Positions 28,953 to 46,154 of a stretch of DNA of 64,000 nt are shown here, piece after piece. Under the pieces are notes generated by a model. That model searched no databases. It had not been told where the DNA came from and was given only the letters and a program-made list of their open reading frames with translations. The stretch is from assembly GCA_050613775.1 (NCBI GenBank), contig JBODTK010000159.1, positions 62,001-126,000 of the forward strand, read 5' to 3'. This DNA is from Neocallimastix sp. 'constans'. Taxonomy: Eukaryota. The position numbers were made by a program, and so were the translations under genes. The first letter of the stretch is position 1. Each line of letters starts with the position of its first letter.

Positions 28953-31900
28953 ATGGATATTGAAATTCTTCATGAATAATAATCTGAAATTGAGGTTTGT
29001 TACATATGAACTTTTTTCTGAATTTATTTACCATTTTTCTTTATAGTAATATTTATTCACCGTCTACTCAGTTCTTTAATCTTTGTGTCAGTTGGAATAT
29101 TAATGGATGGAATGATGAAAAACGTGATGGTATTAGATACTTTAATGAAATTTTTAAACCCATCTGTATTTGCTTGCAAGAGGTCGGTAATATCCAATAC
29201 CTTAATGTACATTCAAATAATTACCCATTTCTTTGTCACTATAATACAATTTTACGTAAAGCTGATCCAAATATACCCGGTATGAGAGGTCTTAGTATAA
29301 GTGTACATCGTTCATGTTCATTTTCTCCTGATCCCTTTGAATATAAGTATATCATTTCTGTCAACATTACTTCTTTTTGGGGAATTAAATGCACTATTGG
29401 TAATATTTATGTTCCTACGGTCACTCATAAGGAAGAAAGAAAGAATGCCTTTTCAGAAATTACTAATTGGATAAAGAAACATACTAATACACCTTCTATT
29501 CTTGTAGGTGACTTTAATATGTCTAAATCCCAATTAGATAGTTTACTTAATAAATCATCTTATCAGTGGTTCACTAAATACTTATCAGGTCTCGATTTCA
29601 CATGGGCTCGGGATGGTAGATCGTCTTATATTGATCATGTTTTATTTAATTGTAAAATGAAGGAATACATTAATAAGGTATCTGTTTGTAGTACATTCAA
29701 TGATATATCTGACCACTTCCCTCTTATCCTTTCCTGTAAGAAAGATGACTCAGAAGGTTTTCGTGCTCCTACTCCTTCTAGAAGATTCAAGTGGTCCCAA
29801 CGCATGTGTAATGAAAAGCATAATGAAATATTCTCAAGTAACTACTTCTCAATTCTTCTTAATGAATTTGATGATAATAAAGAATTAAGTTCTAATGAAA
29901 TGGTCAATAAATTTATAGAAACAGCTAATAAAGTTGGTGATAAAGTTCATGCTAGAGTTCCTTGTGATCTTAAAGGATCAGCTTTCCACTGCCCTTATTA
30001 TATCAAGAAACTTTCTCATGAAAAGCATGTTGCATTTAATGAAATCAAAAATTTTTCTTTAGGTTCTAATCTTGAAAACCTTGATGAATTTTTAAATTTG
30101 CTTCGTGAGTATAAAAATATATGTGGTAAAGTCAGGTCAATTAAGTTTTCTATTAAATCAAAACAATTTCATCAGTCAATAGAATCTGCATGTAATGATT
30201 TTAGTAATAAAAATGCTAGGAGCGCTTGGTTAAAATTAAAGAAGCTATCTCGGCCTATGTACTCTAATTCTATTTCGTCAAGTGTTTTAAAGGACAAGCA
30301 GGGTAACTTTTTATTTTCTCATTCGGATCAATTAAATCGATTTGCTGAACATTACAGTGAACTAGCTTCTGATGTTACTCAACACAGTTTGGATAATGAA
30401 TACTGGGTAAGTTTATTTGGAACTAATCCTAATAATAATCTTACTTGGGATATTAATGATTCTATTACTATGGAAGAAATTCAAAACACTGTGCTTGAAA
30501 TGAAAAATAATAAAGCTCCTGGACCCGATGGTATTCCGATTGAATTTTTTAAAGCCTTCTTTAGTAAATCTGATTTATCCGATAATCAAGATGATTCTTC
30601 AGATGATCACTATTCTAAGTGTGCTAAATGTTTACTTTCATTATTTAACAAAATCTGGGATGGTGATTTCCATGAAGAGTGGAATTCGGCTTCTATAATA
30701 TCAATTCCAAAAAAAGGAGATCTTTCGGATTGTAATAATTATCGTGGTATTTCTCTTATTAATGTTGGCTTAAAAATTATTTCAAAGATTGTTACTAATA
30801 GAATTGCTAAATATGCCCTTGAACATAATTTTGTTAGACCTGAACAATTTGGATTTAGAAATAAAGAAGAATGCATAAGTTTGTATATTTCAATTAGAGA
30901 GATATGTCAAAGAAGAAAATTTAAAGGAAATTTTACTTATCTTGCTTTTCTCGATCTTAAAAAAGCCTATGATTCAGTTCCTATCTTTAATATTTTGACC
31001 AAATTATATAACTTAGGAATTAGAGATAAATGTCATCTGTTTTTAAAGAATCTTTATCTATCCTCTAAAGCTCGTGCTTTTTTTAATGGTAATCTCTCAG
31101 AAGAATTTTCGATTAATCGTGGTGTTAGACAAGGATGCCCTCTATCTCCTATTTTATTCAATTTGTTCATTAATGATATACTGGATAATTGTGATAAGTA
31201 TGGTGTATATTTAGATTCTCAATATTGTTGTGGTGGACTTTTTCGGATGATATTGTTTTAGTTGCTCCATCTAAACAAGCTCTTAAGAAAATTTTGAATA
31301 AAGTTCATGAATGGGCTATTAAAAATGAAATGACTTTTGGAATTAATAAGTGTGCTACTCTTGTTGTAAAACCGATTAACTTTGTTAAACCGATAAATTA
31401 TGAAGATCCATCTTTCTTTATTGGTAGTAAAAAATTACCTAAAACTGACAACTATACCTATCTTGGTATTCCTTTTGATGAATCTTTATCACTGAAACCT
31501 ATACAATCCAAATTAAACAGTAATTTAAATGTCAAGTTAAATTTGTACTTTCGATTTCTTATTAATAAATCTGTTCCTCTCCCATTGAAGAAATATGTTT
31601 TAATTTCGTTTATTCTTAGTCTTGTTATATATTATGCTCCTCTCTTTGGTTCAAATAAGAGCAGATGTTCTAAAGCTCAAAAAATTATTAATAGAGGACT
31701 TTATTGGAGTTACGGATTTAAATCTCGCAATTCTTCTGTTAGTCTCTATAATATTACTCGTGAATTGAGAATACCTCCTCTTTCAGCTATCTATGCAATA
31801 TCTCAATTACGATGCTTTAGAAAATGGAAAAACTCATCATGTATTATTAATCATCTCACTAATAATATTCCTATTATGTCACATTATTCATGGACTAAAG

Positions 31901-32863
31901 AATCAAGGACTTTGGATAGGAAATTAAAAGGTAAAAAAACAAGTGAAATAAAAAAGTTTTATTGGGAAAGAGATGTCTTCAAACCCTCAAAAGCTAAAAA
32001 AGCAATTATTTACAAGGAGAATGATTTTGGATTTATTTCAGAAATCAGAAACTTAACATTTCAATATCCTAAGTATCAATTAGGATTCTTTTGGATTTCT
32101 CGAATTAGGTGTGGTTTTAAATTTGACATTAGTATTTCCATTAAAAGAAAAATCGTCTCAGAAGATTGCCCTAAATGTTGCCCTTGTTGTGGTGTTAGTG
32201 TACCTAGCTTTTTTCATTGGATCTTTGCCTGTAAAGAATTGGAAAATTACAGAAATAAATCTTTACCTTTTCTAGATGATCTCTTTTTGAAGTTTGCATT
32301 GATAATTGAACAAAAATCCTTGGATGTTTCTTTTGATTCAGAAAAGGATTATGATAATAATATTTATTATTATATATTGAGTGCACTTCTTGGTGGGCGT
32401 TCAATATATTCAAAAATTAAAGTTAATGATGGGGAACAAAGACAATTAGTTGACAATATTTTTAAACAAAGTTCAACTTCGTCAACTGTTCCGTATTTTG
32501 TGGGGATTGCGGAGTTTCTAACAAACGTAATACCATTAATTTGTCGATCTTTTAGTTTGATGATGAAATGGTATTCCGTTGAATCTACCGTTACCAAGAG
32601 CGTCGACGTCGAAATGATAAGGCATGGATTTTCACCTCCAGATACAGATTCGATTGATAACACTAATACTGAAATTATTACTCACAATAATGGACGTGGT
32701 GTTATTATCGAGGAATGGGAAAAGTTAGAGGCTATTGCTTCTAACGCACTTTTATAATTTTATAATATATAATATTTTATTTCATGTATTTTACTATTTT
32801 TTTATTTCTTTAAAATCATGTAATTTTATTATTATTATAAATTAAATAAAGTTATTCTCTAAG

Positions 32864-32906
<43 letters not shown>
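28953..32906 (+). mobile_element. L1-like non-LTR retrotransposon: near-complete ORF2 (APE endonuclease, RT, CCHC knuckle), 3' UTR, poly-A; most of ORF1 missing
   Basis: APE motifs SWNING, CLQE, GDFN, IDH, SDH. RT motifs APGPDG, NYRGISL, DLKKAYD, GVRQGCPLSP, F(A)DD. CPCC..H..C knuckle. One -1 frameshift at ~31243 joins ORFs 29006..31261 and 31225..32757. A-tract at 32867-32906. Confidence 0.96.
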
Positions 32907-32909
<3 letters not shown>

Positions 32910-33150
32910 ACCATTTCTAGATGATCTCTTTTTGAAGTTTGCTATGATAATTGGACTAAAGAATTTAGATTTTGTACAAAAAATATAAATGCTTAAAATA
33001 TCTCCAATTCAACTTAGGTTATTCGTGGATTATACATTTACGCTGTGGTTATAAATACAATACTACTATTGCTATTAGAATGGGTAGAGTTTCAGAAGAT
33101 TATCCCAAGACTTGCCCCTGTTGTGGCAAAGATAATCAACCCTCCACGTT
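32907..33150 (+). mobile_element. Short LINE fragments appended after the poly-A
   Basis: 32907-32953 repeats 32262-32308. ORF 32972..33157 (WIIHLRCGYK..VSEDYPKTCPCCG) is a divergent copy of the knuckle region. Confidence 0.8.
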
Positions 33151-34663
33151 ATATTAATAGTATAAATTCAAATGATACAAAAATACAAAACTTGAGAATA
33201 ATATTTTTATATAAAAATCTTATTTGAGGGAGTGATAACTACTATATACTTATTCATTCATATTATTTTAAATATTTACTTATTGAGTAATTAATCGAAG
33301 TACTTTTATATTTTTGTTTTATGTAAATTTAGATTATACATTTATTTTATGTTGTTTAAATTTATATTAACAATCCTTTTAAATATTTTATATATTCAGT
33401 ATAGATGTAACAAATGTATTCATTATAACATTTGATATGGGGGACTTTTATGTGTTCTTACTATTACTTAGTATAATTATATTATTTTTATTAATATTAA
33501 TATTTTTTATCCTAGAATTAACCAAGTTAACCTCAGTTTAATAATTATTCGAAGGATCGTTATTATTAGGTTTATTTTACAAAAAAAAATTATAGTTTAA
33601 TAATAAACTAAATATAAAATTATAATATAGCAAATGATAATCAACTATATATATTTAATTTTAATATAATATAATTAATTTTTTAATACATTGTAATAGT
33701 AATTATAATATAATAGTGAATATTTAATAATATTATAAAAATTATTATTGACAGAAGATTTAAGTTTTAATAATTATTATTAAATATACTAATATACTAT
33801 TTTATAACACATTTTGATATAAAATATCATGAATGTACCACACTAACAAATAGTATATTATATAAATAAACAAAATATATCTATGATTGAGGTTCAAATG
33901 TAATATAAATAATGTATAAGCCACAACTTATTAATATATTAATAAATTAAGATTTTTTATTTTTTAATTATAGTTTTTTTTTATAATTCACAATTAAGAA
34001 TTATTTAATTATAATAAATGTATATTAATTTACTATTTTTAGCAATTTAAATTTTAATAAAATAGGATCATTTTATAGGGAGTGTTCAGTGTTTCATTTC
34101 AGGTAAACTAATTTATTCATTATAGAATAACTATAGTTTTGTTTTTAACATAAAATATATGTAAGCTACAATAAATTAATATAAAATAAATTAATATATA
34201 ATTTAGTACTAGTAACTCTTTATCATAAATATTCAAGTTAATTATTATAATCCATAAAATTAATTTTAATAGAAATTTTATAAAAATATTATTAAAGTTA
34301 TACATTATTGTACAGTTATAAATGTAAATGTACATTTAAAAGTAATACTTTTAAAAGTAATAAATCATAATAATAAAAAAAAAAATATTTACACATCTCA
34401 AATTATATTGGATAATTTTTATATAAATTTTAATAATGATTGGATTAAACATTAATATTGATTTAACAATATAAAAAAAAAAAAAAAAAAAAATTTTTAT
34501 TAAATTTGAATTATTTAGAATTAAAAAGAATATGTTAAAGTAAAGATTTAAATAATTCTTTAAAAAATAAAGAAAAAAAAGAAAAAAAAAATTAAAAGGT
34601 AAATATTAAATATTAGTTTCGAGTAAATAAAATAAATAGAAAAAGGTATTTGGTATTATATAA

Positions 34664-34743
34664 AGGATGACTTAGGCATTTGACTTTATTTTCCTTTTTG
34701 GAAATGACGAAAAAACACTAGCTACCTTAAACTTTATCACTGA
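34664..34743 (+). ncRNA. C/D box snoRNA, snR13-like, copy 1
   Basis: Box C-like AGGATGA, guide AGGCATTTG, C'-like ATGACGA, second element GCTACCTTAA and box D CTGA. The two elements are complementary to the conserved LSU rRNA stretch UUAAGGUAGC-CAAAUGCCU. Confidence 0.85.
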
Positions 34744-34932
34744 AAATATATACCAAATATTATTAAATGAATATAAATTTATATATTTAAAACAATAGTT
34801 TCTAATGAAATAAATATTTTTTATATAAAAATTTAGGTTTGTATCCACCTATTGTTATAAAAAGAAAAATGAAGTAAAAGGTAAATGATTAAAAAGATAA
34901 AAATAAAATAGAAATTTTTGTTGTGTTTATTA

Positions 34933-35012
34933 AGGATGACTTAGGCATTTGACTTTATTTTCCTTTTTGGAAATGACGAAAAACCACTAGCTACCTTAAA
35001 CTTTATCACTGA
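34933..35012 (+). ncRNA. C/D box snoRNA, snR13-like, copy 2
   Basis: Same boxes and guides as copy 1; flanks are unrelated. Confidence 0.85.
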
Positions 35013-35212
35013 AATAAACATGACAAAAAAAAAAAGAAGTTTTAATATTTAAAAGAAAAAAAATAGATAGCTAATGAATTTTTAAAATTTAATTTTTTAA
35101 AATAAATAGGAAAAGTATATTTGGAGATATTTATACATGAATGACAGTGGTACAATTATAAGGTAAATGTTCATTTTTATTTAATATAATAAAAAATCAA
35201 TTTAAATAATAA

Positions 35213-35292
35213 AGGATGACTTAGGCATTTGACTTTATTTTCCTTTTTGGAAATGACGAAAAACCACTAGCTACCTTAAACTTTACTACTGA
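35213..35292 (+). ncRNA. C/D box snoRNA, snR13-like, copy 3
   Basis: Same boxes and guides; differs only just before box D. Confidence 0.85.
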
Positions 35293-35741
35293 TATTATTT
35301 AAATTGATATGAAAATATCATATATTTTAAAAATAATATAGAATACTAATAAATTATTATTATATAATTAATAGGTAAATTTTTTAGCTTCTAATTGTTA
35401 TTTTAAAATTTCATTTATATATTTATTATTTTTATTGAAAAAATCATGTAAAATAATAATATTAATAATAAAAAGTATGTAATAAAAATAAAAAAAAAAC
35501 TAAAAAAAAATACAAAATGAAAGTGTAATATAAAAATGATTTTATTTATAGTGTTTATTCAAAGTAATTATTTAAAAATATAAGAGAATAAAATATAATA
35601 AACCTGAAGGAATTGAAATATATAATAGAACAAAAAATATATATGTGTGAAATGTAAAAAATAATTAATATGCTTCTTTTTTCAAACTACCATACTAAAA
35701 TTAATGAAGTATTTTTATGAAAAAAAATAATAAAAAAATAT

Positions 35742-40217
<4,476 letters not shown>

Positions 40218-41592
40218 ATTTAATCTTAATTATTACTTAAAAACTTTAATTTCTCTATATATTTTAATTAAATCTTAAATATTATATATATTATACTATA
40301 TAAATATATAAATCCTATTTTTTTTTTTTTTTTTTTTGTTCTTTTTTTTTAAAAAAAAAAGATGTGAAGTAAAATAAAAAAGCTGTGCAAATATTAAATA
40401 TATTATAAGATATTATTTATATCTTTAAGAAAAAAAAAAAAAAAAAAAACATATAAACACTTTTTTTCTCTATAAGAAAATGAAAAACTTTTTTAGTAAT
40501 TTATATATTTTTATAAACACTATTATTTATTATAAAAATAAATAAACTATATTTTTAACATATATCTAACTATTTTTTGTTGTTCCTTTAATGAAATATA
40601 TTAAATAAAATTTATTTAATATAAATTTATTGCTTTTAAATTTTGAAAGGTATAAAAAATAAAATAAAAAAAAAAAAGGATTTAGAAATAAATCTTTATT
40701 TTGTTTTCATACCTTAATTAGTAAATAAATAAAAAATTAATATAAAGAAGAAAGAGAAAAAAATAAAAAAGAAGTAATTTCAAAAAATATTAAATATATT
40801 AGTATTAAAATATTTATCTTGGGTCATTCATATAATAGAATCCTTTTACAAAAAAAAAATGATTAAAAAAATTCTAAAAAATTTTTGCAATTAATTTAAT
40901 TAATGATGTAAAAAAATTTTTTTTTTTTTTCATTAATTTAAAAATTTTTAAAAATAAAGAAAAAATATTTAAAGATATTTATAATTAATGATATTGATAA
41001 AATAATATTTTCAATTATTTAGTCAATATCAATATTTAATATTATATTAATAATAACATTAAGTTAAAAAAAATATAATACATGTCAAATAACAATATTA
41101 AGAAATAATATTTTTAATAATATATATTTATTATTATTGCTATTTTTTTTTTTTTTTTTTTTTTAGTAAAATCAATAATTTAGAATGGTCTTTATTAAAA
41201 TAAATATATATATTATATATATATTTACTATTTTAACTTTTTATTATATGATGGTTATTATTTTTTTTCGATACCTAAGATTTGGTTATAATTTCAGTGT
41301 ATTATTTCATTATATATATCATTTAATAAATAATTAAAATTTCATTATTTAATCCTATGTTAATGTAAACGTAAAATTAATGTATACATTTTACATTTTA
41401 TTATTTATTAATAATTTTTATAATGAAATAGATATTTAAAAAAAAAAAAAAAGGAATTTCTTTATTTTAAGATAAACTTTAAATAATAATAAAAAAATTT
41501 ATATATAGGAACTTTAAAAATATATTTAATTAAATATATAATTAAATATTAGTGAAGATATTTCAAAATATTTTAATGTAAATTTTAAAATT

Positions 41593-41863
<271 letters not shown>

Positions 41864-42141
41864 TTTATATATATTAAAATAAGAAATCAACATTTATTTA
41901 TTTTCATTTATACAATTTTTTATTTATAATTATTAATATTTTTAATTGAAGTTAATATTTTAAATATTGTGATAATTATTATATTCTTGTATGATAAATT
42001 CAACTTTCTTTTTTATTATTCCTTTTTTTTTTTTTTTTTTTTTTTTTTCTAATAAATTAATTTTTATGATATAATTTTATATTGTTTATTATTATTTTTT
42101 GGATACATATTTATATTATATTTTCTTTAACTTTCAATCTA

Positions 42142-42174
<33 letters not shown>

Positions 42175-42284
42175 TTTTTTTCTTTTTTAAAGATAATAAA
42201 AATAACATTATATTAAACATATTTAATTATTTAATTTCAATCTATAATCTAATATTCATAATAATATATAAAATTAATTTTGTT

Positions 42285-42627
42285 TTACTGAATTTTTTCA
42301 AATACTATATATCCAATATTGCCATTTCCAAATTTTGATCTTGGTAAATTAAGTTTTTCTGAATCTAATATCTTATTATTATTTGGTCCTGTTTCTAACT
42401 CAATAGTTTGATCTATAATTTTATCTGATACCTTCATAATGGAAGGATGATCTTTATTTGTTAACATACTAGATACCCAATTTGAATCCGCAAACATTTT
42501 AACTTCTTTCAATTTTTGTCTTTCTTCTGATTCCCATAATTTTGGTTTTGGTAAAGCCTAAACATTCGATAAAGTATAGATTTATTATTAATATGTAAAA
42601 ATAAAAAAAAAAAAAATTATTTTAATT

Positions 42628-42673
<46 letters not shown>

Positions 42674-43337
42674 TATATATATATACATTTATAAATTAAT
42701 ATAGTTATTATTATTATTATTATTATTATTTTTATTAATTTTTGATTGATAATTACATTTTTAATATCTTCATAAGGTAATTCTCTAGAGAAGTATTCGC
42801 TTAACATATAACCTTTGTTAAATTCTACATAAACTCTAGTTTCATTTGATCTAAATAATACGTTTTCTATTCTAAGGAAGTAACGTCCTAATACAAAAAT
42901 ACCAGTTGGCATAACACGCTAATATAAAATAAATTATTATTGAATTTATATTTATTAGTTTTCAATAATATTAAATTTTAAAAATAAAATATAATAAAAT
43001 AAAATAAAATAAAATAAATAGTGATATAATATAAAAGATTAAAGTATTAATAAAATTAAAATAAAGTATTAAAATGATATATTAAAATTAAAATTTGAAT
43101 ACAAACAACTTTAACATCAAGAGTAGCAATACCATTATCAGCTAATTCATCTTCATATAAAATTACTTGATCAAAGAATAAAATTGGATCTCTTCTCATT
43201 AATTTAGTCATATCGATTTTTTCTTTTGTAATTTCTGCTTCCTATTTAATTTTAAAGCGTAAACAAAAATTAAATTCAAAATAATATAATTAATTATTAT
43301 TTACTTAGTAATTATCATTAATTGTTTTCATTTATAT

Positions 43338-43436
<99 letters not shown>

Positions 43437-44118
43437 TATAATAAATTGAATTAAATGTTAATGAAATGTTAAATATAATGAAAATGAAATAGAAATTAAA
43501 AATGGAACAAATCAGTAATTTAATATATTATATTAAACCATGACTAAAACTCAATTCTACTTTCTTGTATTAATTTATAAAATTTAATTTTAAATTGAAA
43601 AGTTAAAACATACTGTATTTTCAATTTTTCCTCTAAAATCTGTTGAAAAAGTCCAATCATAAGGCCTATGGATTTTCTTTTTTTCTTCTTCTTCTTTGCT
43701 ACTATTAAAATAAAAGAATAACATTTGTTTCATTTTTTTTTTTTAAAAAAAAATATTTTAACATGTTGTTCATGAAATTATTAAAATTGAAATTTGAATT
43801 TCTATTAAAAAAAAAAAAAAAAACAACTTTCTTGAAGCATTCCACTTATCAGCAACAGCAACTTTTATCCAATTTTCATTTTCTTTTAAATTAATTTGTA
43901 CTTTGCGAAAAGCATCATTTGTATTATAAGACCATTTTACATTTGTTTTTGTATTTTCAATAGTTATATGATTAAAACCAAAATACATTTCTGGAACTTG
44001 TGGCATTTTTGTTTCATTTAAAATACTTTATAAAAAAAAAAAAAAAAAAAAAAAAAATTGAACATAAATTTAAGAATAAGAATTTTAATATTTAAAATTA
44101 TTAATTATATATGATGAA

Positions 44119-44165
<47 letters not shown>

Positions 44166-44709
44166 CATTGTCATTATTATTATTATTATTATTATCATTG
44201 TCATTATTATTATTATTATTATTATCATTGTCATTATTATTATTATTATTATCATTGTCATTATTATTATTATTATTATTATTATCATTGTCATTATTAT
44301 TATTATTATTATCATTGTCATTATTATTATTTTTTTAAATTTCTAACTTAAAATTGAAATTTTTAATTTTTATTTTAATTTCAAATTTCAAATTAGTTTA
44401 CCAATATATTTTTTTATGCATTTCATTTATTTTATAAATTTATAATATATATTTAAAATTCAAAAATGAATTTTAAAATGAATTTCAATTATACAAATAA
44501 AAAACATGGTTTTTTTTTTTTTTTAAAAAAAATGTTGAATTTCATTTAGGTGAATAGTACCTATCAATTTCTTCACTGTTATATATACGATCTTTTCTTG
44601 TTGTAACTCTCCAGTCTTTAATTTCAATTCCTTTTTCACAAGTGTCTTTGTGCTCGAAAGTTCTATATTTAGGAGTTGAATTTGAATTTGATATTACTGT
44701 TGCATCCAT
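42285..44709 (-). CDS. TIP41: TIP41/TIPRL, PP2A-family phosphatase regulator (6 exons)
   Basis: Exons ~44709-44561, 44025-43828, 43701-43614, 43241-43107, 42918-42757 and 42557-42285. Motifs PEMYFGFN, PYDWTFSTDFRG, DPILFFD..LYEDELADNG and RVMP..RYFLR..ETR. Confidence 0.92.
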
Positions 44710-45053
44710 CTTTTTGAAAAATATTTTTAAATAAATAAAAAAAAGATTAAATTATTGAATTAAAATAAATAAATTTTATAATAAACTTAGCATAATTAAT
44801 AACTTTTCTTTTTATAAATTTTAAATTTTTGGAATCACTAAAATATTTAATTTGTATTATAATATTACTTTTTATAAAGAATAATTTGTTTAATAAAATA
44901 TTTAATAGTTAATTATTATGATTTTGATGTATAATATTTAAATATATTTATATAAATTAATTTTTAGATTAAAAATTAACCAATAATTAATTAGATTATC
45001 GGGTTTGAGGTTATTATTTTTCCATTTATTTAATTTTTATCGGTATATTTTTT

Positions 45054-45122
<69 letters not shown>

Positions 45123-45125
<3 letters not shown>

Positions 45126-45620
45126 TTTTTTTTTACTATTTTTTTCAGCCGCAATTATTGCGAACTTTAAACTTTATTTATTTATTCATTTATTAATTAC
45201 ATTAATTTTTTTTTTATAAAAATTATTTGTCCAATTTGAACATAATAATATTTAGAATATAAAAGAAATGAGAAATAATAGTAATGTTCAAAATAAAATG
45301 TATAAATAAATTTAGAAAAAAGTTCATATGCAATGAACCTCACCTTTAAGATGCTAAGATGATTAGATTTCTGTTTAAAGGGAATTCTTATTCCGGATTA
45401 GGGTTTGGATTGACTATTTAAAAGAAATTATGGTCCTCTCCTTCAGAGGAATTGGCCCTGTTAGCCTGTTTCACTGCATTTTCAGCGTTGACGTTCCTGG
45501 TTAGTTTGTGCTTATATCATCGGAAGAGCAACCCTTGTCGAGAACTACCCAGGCATAATTCCAGGCATAATTTTTGTATAGAGAGCCGCAGATCGTACTA
45601 AGAAATGATTTAGTTCTTAA
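45123..45620 (-). mobile_element. Second copy of the HAL1-like ORF1-only LINE derivative
   Basis: The reverse complement aligns with 1099-1468 (CGTCAACGCTGAAAATGCAGT..CAAACCCTAATCC..GGTGAGGTT..CATATGAAC..AAGTTCGCAATAATTGCGGCT). T-tract at 45123-45145. The 5' boundary is approximate. Confidence 0.75.
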
Positions 45621-46154
45621 ACAAAACATAACAAAAATAAATAATATATATTTTATGAATATAAAACACCAAAATTTATTCATTTAATTTTTGGTTTTCT
45701 ATGTAATTATATATATTTAATTTTAATATAATTTACTTATCTTTATTTATAAAAAAAATTTATACATTTTCTTATATCAGTGAAAAACAAAAAAAAAAAA
45801 AAAGGAAAAAGAAAATAAAATTACTCATAAAATAAAAGTATGAAAATAGTTCATATAATATACTATATAACAAAATTGGGAAATTAATCATAAATATTAA
45901 AAAAAAAATAATAATAATTTGATAAATTAAAAATAGAGTTTGTAATATGATATAATATATATTGATAAATATATTTTTAAAAAATAATATTGTTATTGCT
46001 AGAAAGAAGAGATATAATAAAATTTTAAAAATTTTATTAATGAATTTCTTTTTTTAAAAAAAAATAAAAAAAGAAAATAAAATATAATAATATTATTTTT
46101 TTTTTAATAAAAAGTGATAATAATTTTTTAAATTTGATTTTTTGAATGATTTTT

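Larger units (their letters stand above)
34599..35374 (+). ncRNA. Putative non-coding snoRNA host gene (3 introns, tiny exons)
   Basis: AAG|GTAAAT donors at 34599, 34881 and 35163; CTAAT branch points at ~34802, ~35071 and ~35346; TAG acceptors at 34836, 35109 and 35374. Exons of 44 and 53 nt have no recognisable ORF. Confidence 0.7.

Noticed and set aside
33225..34100. GAGGGAGTGATA (33226) and AGGGAGTGTT (34077) as polypurine tract/LTR starts
   Set aside because: No matching second LTR or pol remnant could be identified.
34664..35292. Three direct repeats with unique spacers read as a CRISPR array
   Set aside because: The repeats are ~80 nt with ~190-200 nt spacers, there are no cas genes and the context is eukaryotic. 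C/D boxes and rRNA complementarity explain them.
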